IMG/VR virus record: IMGVR_UViG_3300024302_000005
Location: 1 to 64,000 of that record
Reading direction: 5' to 3' (one strand)
Origin: a virus
Length of the DNA: 64,000 nucleotides
The translations under genes were made by a program, and so were the position numbers. How positions within the stretch are numbered: the stretch's first letter is position 1; each line of letters starts with the position of its first letter. Shown here one piece after another: positions 28,036 to 37,519 of this stretch. The notes under the pieces were generated by a model. That model saw only the letters and a program-made list of their open reading frames with translations, was not told the origin of the DNA and did not search any database.

Positions 28036-28570
28036 TCAAACTAGCCTGTATAGGCATTTCTCGAAAGATGATTCCCTACTTTACATAGGGATATCCCTAT
28101 CTGCTTTAAATAGATTAGGTCAACACTCCTCTAATTCACATTGGTACACCAAAATTTCTAAGGTGACCATTGAGCATTTTGATACACGAACAGCAGCAAT
28201 GGCAGCGGAGAGAGAAGCAATTATCTTGGAAAAGCCTGCTCATAATATTCAACATGTTGGAGGCAGTATATTTGAAAAAGAAGCAACTAAATGTATCGAA
28301 GTTGCGGAGAAAGTGCTGGGCGCAAGAGATGAATTTATCACTCGCATCGTAAACATTAAACTCATGTATGGCTCTGCAGAATTAGCGAATGAATTACAAA
28401 TACCCCATAAGGCTCTAAAGGCATTAATTGATACAGGACAATTAGGATACGTAAAAAGTATGGGGGAATATGACAAAGTGGATAGAAGAAAATTCATGAT
28501 ATCTGGTTGGCAAGTTATCGACTATATGGAATCCATATCTACTAGGAGCTCTCATGAAAAAAATAACTAA
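28028..28570 (+). CDS. GIY-YIG family endonuclease with C-terminal HTH, inserted in the polymerase gene
   Basis: SLYR...LLYIGIS...RL.QH...E..AI..EKP.HN; AT-rich; GGGGAG RBS before GTG at 28028. Confidence 0.8.
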   Translation: MIDQTSLYRHFSKDDSLLYIGISLSALNRLGQHSSNSHWYTKISKVTIEHFDTRTAAMAAEREAIILEKPAHNIQHVGGSIFEKEATKCIEVAEKVLGARDEFITRIVNIKLMYGSAELANELQIPHKALKALIDTGQLGYVKSMGEYDKVDRRKFMISGWQVIDYMESISTRSSHEKNN

Positions 28571-29261
28571 AGAGGAATATTTGGTAGGTGTCATCAACTC
28601 CATCGCCACCAAATACCCCGATCTAAGATATGACTCCAAAGCTCCTACCTTCGCACTGCAATATATGGGCACAGCCTTTACCCTGCATAAGCGAAGTGGC
28701 TTCCCAATGCCACAGGCTATTGCTATCGAGAATTCATTCCATGAACTGTATGCAGTTTCGGATGAATTTAACGAGCGTAATAAGCAATTTATGATCGAGC
28801 ATGGCTATATCGAGTGTGCCTTTGGCCTTAAGCTAAGAACCCCGATAATTGCAAAGTGTGTGATGGGGACGTCCAAGACACCTTACGAAGCTGACCGAGA
28901 AGTGCGCAGTGCCAACAACGCAGTAACACAGTCTTGGGGCATGCTGTTAAACCGTGCAATGATCGCCGTAAACCGACGCATCGAAGCTAGTAAATACCGG
29001 TTCGATATCTTTCCGGTCAACATGATCCATGATGCAGGATACTTCAAATTTCGTGAGGATCCTAAAGTTATCCAATTTCTGAACAACGTTCTAATCGAAG
29101 AGATGCAATGGAACGATCACGATAAAATTAGATCAACAGAGGTCCCAATGATGGCTTCCCTTGAGATAGGGAAATCATGGGACAAACAATTCGAATTACC
29201 CAATAACGCTAGTATCGAGGAAATCAACGATGTCATTTCAACTATCTCAGGACCAGAATGA
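28554..29261 (+). CDS. polA: family A DNA polymerase, C-terminal part (motifs B and C)
   Basis: RYDSKAPTFALQYMG, RSANNAVTQS, MIHDAG; own AGGAG RBS. Confidence 0.9.
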   Translation: MKKITKEEYLVGVINSIATKYPDLRYDSKAPTFALQYMGTAFTLHKRSGFPMPQAIAIENSFHELYAVSDEFNERNKQFMIEHGYIECAFGLKLRTPIIAKCVMGTSKTPYEADREVRSANNAVTQSWGMLLNRAMIAVNRRIEASKYRFDIFPVNMIHDAGYFKFREDPKVIQFLNNVLIEEMQWNDHDKIRSTEVPMMASLEIGKSWDKQFELPNNASIEEINDVISTISGPE

Positions 29262-30525
29262 TGCCATTAGGGGCATCTGTGATATCTTCTTGGATATCAA
29301 TCTAGAGAAACATGCTCTGGCTGTCCTAACTGGATCTGCAGGGGTAGGTAAAACTACCGTGGTAGCTGAGATAATCGAGGCACTGCGGGCTAACTCTCCC
29401 GGCTTAAATATTGAGTTGTGCGCCAGTACCCATAGGGCTGCTGGGGTACTTCAAAATATTGTTGGAGGAGAAGTATCTACTGGTCACTCCCTGTTCAAGC
29501 TACGTCCATCTATTACCAAGTACGGCAAAGAAACTCTGAAGAGCACAGGCCCTTGTCTTATCCCAAATGGATCAGTCGTCATCATTGACGAATCTTCCAT
29601 GCTTGGGAATATATGGCTAAAGGCTGTGGTGGAAACTATTAAGGATCGACATCTGAAGATCCTGTTTGTGGGAGACCCATATCAGTTGGCACCTCCTAAG
29701 GACGTCTGTAGTATCTTCGATGGATCACTGCCTACCTTTACCCTGACCAAGGTACACCGCCAGGATATCGATAATCCTATCCTCAATAAAGCTATTGAGT
29801 ATCGTGATTTCATCCGCGGTGTTCGAGCTACAGAACCTACCCTGTCAACTGATCTAAATGAACTCGGCCAGGGTATTCAGATGCTGGAGCATGCTGACTT
29901 CGTTAGTGGGTTCGTCAAGCGGTATATTAATTACGTGGCCGGCGAAGAGGTGGATGTACCTTTATGCACATTCACTAACGAGTCTGCTATTAACTACAAT
30001 AGCATGATCCGGAAGGCTGCGTACTTCCTGGGAGATACTATCCTGCCCTTCTACGAAGGAGAGCGATTGGTATCCAATGCTATTGTTAAAAACGGTGACC
30101 GTGTTGCTTTAAACAACAACGAATCGGTGACTGTTATTAGCTACTCTACTGCAGACCATAAGGGTATTCCCGGCTACAATGTGAAGGTTCAGGGATCTGC
30201 TGATTCCTTCAACCGATCAGGGGTTAAGACAGTATTCTGCCCAGCCACTAAAGCTGCTGCAGACAAGATTTTAGATATCTGGTTGAAGGATGCTAAAAGT
30301 ACCAAGTCTTCAACGAACTGGATACAGTACTACGAGCTCAAGAATTCTCTGGCAGACCTGCGGCCGCCATTTGCCGGGACAACTCATAAGGCCCAGGGTG
30401 GCACCTATCATGCGGTATTTATCGATAGGGTAAATATCAATAAGTGCCATGACCCAATCACTCGGGCCCGGCTAATGTATGTAGCTCTTACTCGAGCTAG
30501 CACCAACGCATACGTCAACACTTGA
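29230..30525 (+). CDS. SF1B Dda/RecD-like DNA helicase
   Basis: GSAGVGKT, IIDESSM, GDPYQL, VHRQ, TTHKAQG, YVALTRA. Confidence 0.92.
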   Translation: MSFQLSQDQNDAIRGICDIFLDINLEKHALAVLTGSAGVGKTTVVAEIIEALRANSPGLNIELCASTHRAAGVLQNIVGGEVSTGHSLFKLRPSITKYGKETLKSTGPCLIPNGSVVIIDESSMLGNIWLKAVVETIKDRHLKILFVGDPYQLAPPKDVCSIFDGSLPTFTLTKVHRQDIDNPILNKAIEYRDFIRGVRATEPTLSTDLNELGQGIQMLEHADFVSGFVKRYINYVAGEEVDVPLCTFTNESAINYNSMIRKAAYFLGDTILPFYEGERLVSNAIVKNGDRVALNNNESVTVISYSTADHKGIPGYNVKVQGSADSFNRSGVKTVFCPATKAAADKILDIWLKDAKSTKSSTNWIQYYELKNSLADLRPPFAGTTHKAQGGTYHAVFIDRVNINKCHDPITRARLMYVALTRASTNAYVNT

Positions 30526-30582
30526 TAATTTACACGAATGAGGTTAACTTCAGTCGTGGATTATTAATTGAAAGGTGCTGGC

Positions 30583-31071
30583 ATGACTCCAGAGCAATTA
30601 CGTGAATACATCTCCTATAATCCTGTACTCGGTACATTCACCTGGGTACAGACCACCTCGTCGAGAGTGCAAATGGGGAACCCTGCAGGCGGAATAAATA
30701 GCCGCGATGGGTACCACGAAGTTACACTTCACGGAAAGCATTGGTATGGTCATCGACTAGCTTGGTATCTGACACACGGGGTACTGCCTAGAATGATCGA
30801 CCATGTAAATCAGGATAGGGGAGATAATCGTATATCCAATTTACGGGAAGTGAGCTATTCCGACAACGCTAAGAATTGTGGCGTCTCCAAAAACAGTACC
30901 ACCAAGGTCACGGGGGTATACCCCATGCCCAAAAATAGTGGGAAGTGGAGAGCACAGATCACGGTGAATTATAAATCTATTCACCTAGGGGTATTTGACA
31001 CCCAAGAAGAGGCCATTGCTGCAAGAACAGCAGCTAAAATTGAACACAAATTTCACAGGAATCACAGCTGA
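30583..31071 (+). CDS. HNH homing endonuclease with AP2 domain
   Basis: HRLAW, IDHVNQDRGDNRISNLR, GV...KWRAQI...HLG.FDT.EEA..AR. Confidence 0.9.
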   Translation: MTPEQLREYISYNPVLGTFTWVQTTSSRVQMGNPAGGINSRDGYHEVTLHGKHWYGHRLAWYLTHGVLPRMIDHVNQDRGDNRISNLREVSYSDNAKNCGVSKNSTTKVTGVYPMPKNSGKWRAQITVNYKSIHLGVFDTQEEAIAARTAAKIEHKFHRNHS

Positions 31072-32057
31072 TGGGCTACGAATACACAAACAAACACAAT
31101 GTCTCCTTGGCGCTAGCCGTCTTCTTAATGTTTGACGATTACGAATATGACGACAGGCCTAACTCTGTTAGCGCCACAGGCGTTATGCGACCACTAAGGC
31201 AGCTTGTACTTACACAGCAAAATAAACAGTTGCTTAAAAATGTGGACATTTCTGATTTGGTAGCATCCAGGATGGGACAAGCCATTCACTCCGGGTGTGA
31301 AGAGGCCTGGACTAGCCCAGAGAATGTAGCTAAAGCTCTCCGGGTGCTAGGAGCATCCGAATCCAGCATCGGGCAGGTTAAGATTAACCCTACTGTGGTG
31401 GAGCCTGGGGATATCCCTGTTTACGTAGAGCAGCGCACTGAAAAAGCCATTCTGGATTACATTATTTCTGGCAAGTTTGATCTTGTACTTGACGGTACTC
31501 TCAATGATTATAAGTCCACATCTGTATGGACTCTGATCTACGACAGTAACGCCGAGAACTATACGATTCAGGGCAGCATCTACAAGTGGCTGAACCCTGA
31601 TAAGATCACTTCAGATTACATCAATATCAACTACATCTTCACCGACTGGTCAGCTTCTAAAGCTCGTCAGGACCCCAAGCAGTATCCACAGCAACGGGTA
31701 CTGACCAAGAAGTACCCACTGTGGGAGCCCCACTACACCGAAGAGTGGCTGAAGAATAAATTGGATATGTTCTCTCGTCTGGAAAAAGCTACTCAAGCTG
31801 AACTCCCGGAGTGCACCGACGAAGAGCTCTGGGCATCCAAGACCACCCATAAATATTACAAGAACCCAGCTAAGACAGACCGCTCTACCAAGAACTTCGA
31901 CACCATGGATGAAGCTATTCAACGCAAATCTGCTGATGGTGACGTAGGTAAAATTGTGACCGTACCTGGGGAAGTTAAAGCTTGCCGGTACTGCCCGGTA
32001 GTTGGTGTATGTGACCAAGCCGAACTGATGATGGCTGCCGGCCGTCTTGTAATCTAG
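31071..32057 (+). CDS. PD-(D/E)xK/Cas4-like nuclease (N4 gp42-like)
   Basis: G.AIH, EQR, ISGKFD...DYKST, C-terminal CRYCPV..VC. Confidence 0.82.
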   Translation: MGYEYTNKHNVSLALAVFLMFDDYEYDDRPNSVSATGVMRPLRQLVLTQQNKQLLKNVDISDLVASRMGQAIHSGCEEAWTSPENVAKALRVLGASESSIGQVKINPTVVEPGDIPVYVEQRTEKAILDYIISGKFDLVLDGTLNDYKSTSVWTLIYDSNAENYTIQGSIYKWLNPDKITSDYININYIFTDWSASKARQDPKQYPQQRVLTKKYPLWEPHYTEEWLKNKLDMFSRLEKATQAELPECTDEELWASKTTHKYYKNPAKTDRSTKNFDTMDEAIQRKSADGDVGKIVTVPGEVKACRYCPVVGVCDQAELMMAAGRLVI

Positions 32058-32066
32058 GGGATCTAC

Positions 32067-34220
32067 ATGAAAAGTTACCACCCGTTATCTGAAAAGATAG
32101 TCGATATTCTTGTGCGCAAGGTCAATAACGATAACCGTCATTTCTTCCGGATCCTGGTAGGCTATTACTTGTCTAAGGTAGCCTCCATGATGCGGTGCAA
32201 CATTCAAACAAATGACCGCGATGTAATTCCGGTCAACACATATGTGCTCAATCTGATGATCTCTGGAACTGGCAAAGGCCATTCCACTAATATTTTAGAA
32301 CGAGAGTTCGTTGGGCCCTTCAAGAAGGAATTCCTGGGTAAGGTATTTCCGCAAAAGGCCGAAGAGCACATCCGTGCTTTAGCTGAAGAAAAAGCTAGAG
32401 AGCGAGTCCAAAGCGGTCAAAGTCTGGTGTCCCTCGTTGAGGAAGTTGCTATTCAGCAATCAAAATTTGACTCCCACTTTGACCGTCTTGGTGAGCTCGC
32501 ATTTAGTTTCGACAGTGCAACAACACCTGCTGTTAAGCAGATGCGTGAGAAGCTCCTATTAGCCTCTGCAGGTTCCATGAACTTGGAACTGGATGAGGTG
32601 GGCTCGAACATGTCCGGTAATGCTGAGGTGCTTAATACGTACCTTGAACTCTACGATGTCGGGAACATTAAGCAGAAGCTTATTAAGAACACCGTGGAGA
32701 ATGTTAGATCAGAGGAGTTACCTGGTAACACTCCTACTAATCTAATGCTATTTGGTACTCCCACCAAACTACTGGATGGTGGTAAGGTCGAAGAGGAATT
32801 CAAACAATTCTTGGAGACCGGTTATGCGCGTCGTCTTTTATTCGGTTACACTGTTAGCACTCATCGTACTGTATATAAGTCAGCTAAAGAGCGCTATGCC
32901 CATATGGTAGACGCCAGTCTGGCTAAAGATGTGGCTGAGATTCAGTCACTATTTGCCAGCTTTGCCAAACGTCCCTTCAATCCAGTACTGCAGGTCTCAG
33001 AGGAGAACTCTATTTATCTGATCGAGTATCAGATGAAATGTGAAGCTCTGGCTGACCAGATGAAGGAGCATCTTGCAGTGCACAAAGCAGAGATGATGCA
33101 CCGCTATTACAAGGCTCTTAAATTAGCCGGGGCGTACGCTTTTGCGGATAACTCATCGACAGTGAACAAGGAGCACCTGGACTACGCTATCAGCGTGGTT
33201 GAGGACTCCGGTGAGGCTTTCCACACACTTATGCGGAAACAGGGCCCCTATGAGCGCCTAGCCCACTACCTGGCAGGCTGTGACAACGAAGTGACCCAAC
33301 ACGAGCTGATCGAGGAACTGCCCTTCTATAAGGGCTCTGAGTCCCAGCGACGGGATCTAATGACATTAGCTATGTCGTACGGTTATAAAAATAACATCAT
33401 CATTCGGAAACGATCGATGGATGACATTGATTTCTTCTCCGGAGAAACCCTGAGAGAGACCGACCTAGCTAATGTGACGGCCGGTATTAGTCAGGAGATG
33501 ACCTACAATTACTCCACCCAATTCCCTCCATTTGATCAGCTCTACAAGCTGACTACCGCACCATCGTACCATTACACAGCTCATGGCTTCGTAAACGGGC
33601 ACCGTAAGGGTGAGAACGCTATAGCAGGGTTCAATCTATTAATCCTGGACTGTGATGGTGACGTCAGTATCAACATGGTTAAGGCACTGCTGGAAGATTA
33701 TACATTTATGATCTCCACCACTAAACGCCATACCCCTGAGATCAACAGATTCAGGCTGATATTACCTATATCTCATCATCTTAAATTGTCTCCGGAAGAG
33801 TATTCCAGGTTCATGGTCAACGTATTCGAATGGCTGCCATTCCCTGTTGACGAATCTGCTAAGGACATAGCTCGTAAGTGGGCTTCCCATCCTGGGACCT
33901 ACGAATATAACGATGGGTCTATTCTGGATGCCACTCTGTTTATTCCGGAAACTAAACGATCTGATGAGATGAAGGCACAGCTAACAACGGCTGGTGTCAA
34001 CAACATCGAGCGCTGGTTTCTTACTCACACCTCCCGCGGCAACAGAGCTAACCATCTATATCGTTACGGTATGGTAATGGTTGATGCAGGGTTGCCTTTA
34101 GGTGAGATTATTCAGAAACTGGAGACGTTCAATAATAGTTTGGAAGCACCGCTTCCGGATGATCAGTTCAGGAATAGTACGGTTAAATCTATTAGCCGTG
34201 AAGTTCAAAAGCGTGGTTAA
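32067..34220 (+). CDS. DNA primase (N4 gp43-like)
   Basis: SGTGKGHS, DEVGSN, LDCDG, TTKRHT...RFRLILP, GNRANHLYRYG. Confidence 0.88.
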   Translation: MKSYHPLSEKIVDILVRKVNNDNRHFFRILVGYYLSKVASMMRCNIQTNDRDVIPVNTYVLNLMISGTGKGHSTNILEREFVGPFKKEFLGKVFPQKAEEHIRALAEEKARERVQSGQSLVSLVEEVAIQQSKFDSHFDRLGELAFSFDSATTPAVKQMREKLLLASAGSMNLELDEVGSNMSGNAEVLNTYLELYDVGNIKQKLIKNTVENVRSEELPGNTPTNLMLFGTPTKLLDGGKVEEEFKQFLETGYARRLLFGYTVSTHRTVYKSAKERYAHMVDASLAKDVAEIQSLFASFAKRPFNPVLQVSEENSIYLIEYQMKCEALADQMKEHLAVHKAEMMHRYYKALKLAGAYAFADNSSTVNKEHLDYAISVVEDSGEAFHTLMRKQGPYERLAHYLAGCDNEVTQHELIEELPFYKGSESQRRDLMTLAMSYGYKNNIIIRKRSMDDIDFFSGETLRETDLANVTAGISQEMTYNYSTQFPPFDQLYKLTTAPSYHYTAHGFVNGHRKGENAIAGFNLLILDCDGDVSINMVKALLEDYTFMISTTKRHTPEINRFRLILPISHHLKLSPEEYSRFMVNVFEWLPFPVDESAKDIARKWASHPGTYEYNDGSILDATLFIPETKRSDEMKAQLTTAGVNNIERWFLTHTSRGNRANHLYRYGMVMVDAGLPLGEIIQKLETFNNSLEAPLPDDQFRNSTVKSISREVQKRG

Positions 34221-34311
34221 TTTAGTACTGTAACAACTCCCACAAAAGGAGGTCGGTATGCGCCATCATTTGTTGTAGTCACAGCTAATAATTTCGATTC
34301 ATCAATTTCAG

Positions 34312-34343
34312 GAACCCCCGGCACCCACTGTCGGGGGTTTTCT
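34312..34343 (+). terminator. intrinsic terminator
   Basis: AACCCCCG...CGGGGGTT followed by T residues. Confidence 0.65.
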
Positions 34344-34367
34344 GTGCCTCATATTATGGAGATAAAC

Positions 34368-36395
34368 ATGAGCAACTTTGCAGCCTTTAAGGCGGCCGTA
34401 CAACGTCAGTTCGGTCGAATGACCACTGATAATAGCCTCCTGTTTATCGCTGATGTCAGCGGTAGTGACATGTGGGATATGTACCTCGATAGTTTCCCCG
34501 CAGGTACTAATGAAATTTACAAGGAACGCCGTGAATTCGACTGCCAGTGCTGCAAGTCATTCATCAAGCGTATGGGCAACGTAGTAGCCATCGACGATAA
34601 TAACCAGATGATCTCTATCTGGGATGGTGAAGTCGAAGCTCCCTTTGATGTAGTCTCTAAAGCTATGTCCCGCTGGGTCAAATCAGCCCCTGTACGTGAT
34701 GCTTTCTATTCCTGGGAGCACAAGGTCGGAACTGACGTCAATCACGCCTACAACGAAGATACGGGCGGTACGATGACCTGGGAGCACTTCTATTTGGAAG
34801 TACCTCATGCATTTTTCATGGGCAAAGATCTCATCGACTCCAAAAAGGGCCGTATCCGGGATCAGCGTAACGTATTCAAGCGTTCCCTGGATGAGCTAAC
34901 CTGGAACTCTGCTGAAATAGTTCTGGAACTAATCGATCAGGGCTCTCTGTACCGTGGTGATGAATTCCGGGTAGCTGTTGCAGCTTTCCTGGAGCTATCC
35001 CACAAGTACGAAGATGTCCTGGATAGCCAGAAGGACCTCTGGTGCTGGAAACAATCACGATCTAACCCAATGGGTGGGATCCGTAATACGGCTATCGGGA
35101 CGTTGTTAATCAACATCTCTGAAGGCCTAGAGCTAGATGTTGCCGTAGGTAAGTTTGAGGCAGTGGTAGCACCCACTAATTACAAACGACCTAAGGCCAT
35201 CTTCACCCAAGCCATGCTCAAGGAAGCTGAAGGCACCATCACTGAGATGGGCTATCTTAGCTCCCTGGGCAGGCGTCATGCTAAGATGGACGACATCACT
35301 GTTAATGATGTCCTATTCCTTAATCGGCATGTTGCTAAGACACCAAGCAATGTCTTCGAGGAGATGGCTACGGAAGTAGCTGTTAATCCTAAACAGCTGG
35401 ATAAAGTCGAAGAAGTTAGCGTAGCTGACTTTATCGAGAAGATCCTGCCCAAGGCAGAATCCATCCAGTTGATGATGGAGAATAAGCACCAGGGTAACCT
35501 GGTGACCCTTATTGCACCACAGGATGCTGAAGCCCCTACTATGTTTAAATGGGGTAACAACTTCTCGTGGACCTATGCCGGTGACGTAGCCGACAGCATG
35601 AAGCAGCGTGTTAAAGCTGCTGGTGGTAAGGTCGATGGTGTCCTTCGTTTCTCTTTGCAATGGAACGATACTGGAACTAACCAGAGTGACTTTGACGCTC
35701 ACTGTGTTGAGCCACAGGGCAACCTGATTAGTTACCAAAGTAAGGTTAACCGCCGTACTGGTGGTACTCTCGATGTGGATATTCAAAATCCACGGGGAGA
35801 GATTGCCGTCGAAAACATCACATGGGCCGACCTCACTAAGATGGATGAAGGTCCTTACAAGTTCCTGGTCCACAATTACTCCCATCGTGGTGATGCCACA
35901 GGCTTTACCGCGGAGATCGAGTATGAAGGTCAGCTCTATTCGTACACTCACGATAAGGAGCTAAAACAGGATGAGAAGGTTGTTGTTGCTGAGATGACTC
36001 TTAGCAAGACCGATGGCATCAAGTTTACGAAGTCACTGGATTCGACGTATACCCAGAAGGAACTTTGGGGTATCAAGACCAACAGCTTTGTAGATGTGTC
36101 GTCAGTAATGCGTAGTCCCAATTATTGGGATGGAGCTAATGGCTCCGGCAATTCCCATCTCATGTTCTTCCTGAATGGCTGTGTTAACTCCAACAATCCA
36201 CGGGGTTTCTACAACGAATTCCTGCAGGAACCTCTGCTTGAGCACAAGCGAGTATTCGAAGCTCTCGGATCTAAGATGCGGGTTGAGTACGCCCTGGACC
36301 AGATGTCTGGTCTCGGCTTCTCTACCACACAGCGCGGTAGCGTCGTAGCTAAGATCGAGGGTTCCTTTGCCCGCACTATTAAGATCAACTTTTAA
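34368..36395 (+). CDS. large hypothetical phage protein with CxCC motif and LDVD...ENI.W domain
   Basis: FDCQCCKSFI, DFDAHC.EP, LDVD...AVENITW; GGAG RBS before MSNF at 34368. Confidence 0.75.
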   Translation: MSNFAAFKAAVQRQFGRMTTDNSLLFIADVSGSDMWDMYLDSFPAGTNEIYKERREFDCQCCKSFIKRMGNVVAIDDNNQMISIWDGEVEAPFDVVSKAMSRWVKSAPVRDAFYSWEHKVGTDVNHAYNEDTGGTMTWEHFYLEVPHAFFMGKDLIDSKKGRIRDQRNVFKRSLDELTWNSAEIVLELIDQGSLYRGDEFRVAVAAFLELSHKYEDVLDSQKDLWCWKQSRSNPMGGIRNTAIGTLLINISEGLELDVAVGKFEAVVAPTNYKRPKAIFTQAMLKEAEGTITEMGYLSSLGRRHAKMDDITVNDVLFLNRHVAKTPSNVFEEMATEVAVNPKQLDKVEEVSVADFIEKILPKAESIQLMMENKHQGNLVTLIAPQDAEAPTMFKWGNNFSWTYAGDVADSMKQRVKAAGGKVDGVLRFSLQWNDTGTNQSDFDAHCVEPQGNLISYQSKVNRRTGGTLDVDIQNPRGEIAVENITWADLTKMDEGPYKFLVHNYSHRGDATGFTAEIEYEGQLYSYTHDKELKQDEKVVVAEMTLSKTDGIKFTKSLDSTYTQKELWGIKTNSFVDVSSVMRSPNYWDGANGSGNSHLMFFLNGCVNSNNPRGFYNEFLQEPLLEHKRVFEALGSKMRVEYALDQMSGLGFSTTQRGSVVAKIEGSFARTIKINF

Positions 36396-36407
36396 CAGGA
36401 GATACCA

Positions 36408-36794
36408 ATGGCTACTGCCAAACTATTTGAGAAAGCTGTCCGTGCTAAACTCCGGTTTATTACGGAGCGTGGTGTAGTGTCCCTCGAAGATTTGTGGGAC
36501 TTGCCCTTGTCGGCATTGAACGACCTGGCAAAGAACACTAACCGAGAGGTCAAAGCTTCGGAAGAAGAAGATTTCTTGAAAACTGCTACTGCTAAGGACA
36601 AGTCCTTGGCTCTGCAGTTTGAGGTTCTTCTGTACGTCCTGAAGACCAAAGTGGAAGAGCGGGATGCCAAGATTGCTTCCGTCGCCAAAGCTGAGCAGAA
36701 GGCCAAGTTGGTCAATGCTCTGGCTCGTAAGCAGGATGCTTCCATGGAAGCTATGTCTGAAGAAGAGATTCAGGCAGCTATCGCTGAACTCTAA
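36408..36794 (+). CDS. hypothetical helical phage protein
   Basis: KLRF...G.VSLEDLWDLPL; AGGAG RBS. Confidence 0.75.
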   Translation: MATAKLFEKAVRAKLRFITERGVVSLEDLWDLPLSALNDLAKNTNREVKASEEEDFLKTATAKDKSLALQFEVLLYVLKTKVEERDAKIASVAKAEQKAKLVNALARKQDASMEAMSEEEIQAAIAEL

Positions 36795-36801
36795 CAGTTA
36801 A

Positions 36802-36880
36802 AACCTCCTAGCTTAACGCAGAGCACCGATCTTCCAGAACATATCGGGGGTTGCAGGTTAAAGTCCTGCGGGGGTTACCA
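36802..36880 (+). tRNA. atypical tRNA / pseudo-tRNA with 12-nt anticodon loop
   Basis: Acceptor AACCTCC/GGGGGTT+A+CCA, D stem GCTT/GAGC, anticodon stem CCGAT/ATCGG, T stem GCAGG/CCTGC with loop TTAAAGT. Confidence 0.6.
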
Positions 36881-36885
36881 AATTT

Positions 36886-36960
36886 GAGGAGGTGGCGGAA
36901 TGGTTACGCGCCAGATTGCAATTCTGGTTTATGCGAGTTCAAATCTCGCCCTCCTCTCCA
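36886..36960 (+). tRNA. trnC: tRNA-Cys (GCA)
   Basis: Acceptor GAGGAGG/CCTCCTC, anticodon arm CCAGA-TTGCAAT-TCTGG, T arm GCGAG-TTCAAAT-CTCGC, U discriminator, encoded CCA. Confidence 0.93.
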
Positions 36961-36978
36961 ATTTTACAGGAGAGCCAA

Positions 36979-37512
36979 ATGGCTAAAGAAAACAAAGGCC
37001 AGCTTAACCCACGGTCACAAGGTCGGCGGTATATTACAGAGCTGCTGAACCAGCACACCGAAAAGGTCAATGATCTGTATGTTAAATACCTCAATGGTAT
37101 GACAGATAAGTTGGTGGCCGAGGAAGTTATACGGGTACACCCGGAGTCAGATTTCGATGGTGACTCCGTAAACGGTATCCGTAGCCGTGCCTGGGGCATG
37201 ATTTACAAAGAGCCTAAGCCAGTAAAACTGACCAATGCGCTGCGCATTGCAAAGTTGGAAGAAGACAACGTCGAGTTGGCAAATACCAACAAAGAGCTGG
37301 CAGAAAATAACAAAAAGATGATGGCTTACATCAAGCAGATCAGCGGAGTCCAGGATAATAGCGACAAAGCTGGTGGCACAGAGTCACCTATGTCTGATAA
37401 GATGGCCGGCGCAACTGAAGCAGGTGATGTTGTTACCGCTATCTTTGATGCAACAAAACAAACAACCAAGCCTGAACTGGTCGTAAATACTGCTAATACG
37501 GTAGGTGATTAA
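36979..37512 (+). CDS. hypothetical protein with coiled coil
   Basis: AGGAG RBS before MAKENK at 36979; the longer tracked ORF runs through the tRNA. Confidence 0.7.
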   Translation: MAKENKGQLNPRSQGRRYITELLNQHTEKVNDLYVKYLNGMTDKLVAEEVIRVHPESDFDGDSVNGIRSRAWGMIYKEPKPVKLTNALRIAKLEEDNVELANTNKELAENNKKMMAYIKQISGVQDNSDKAGGTESPMSDKMAGATEAGDVVTAIFDATKQTTKPELVVNTANTVGD

Positions 37513-37519
37513 TATTTGT

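Noticed and set aside
28010-28570. Group I intron or intein in the DNA polymerase
   Set aside because: No non-coding flanks for an intron core, no intein terminal residues, and the C-terminal half has its own RBS
36851-36978. ORF 36851..37048 and the 5' extension of 36892..37512
   Set aside because: They overlap a canonical tRNA-Cys; the RBS-supported start is 36979
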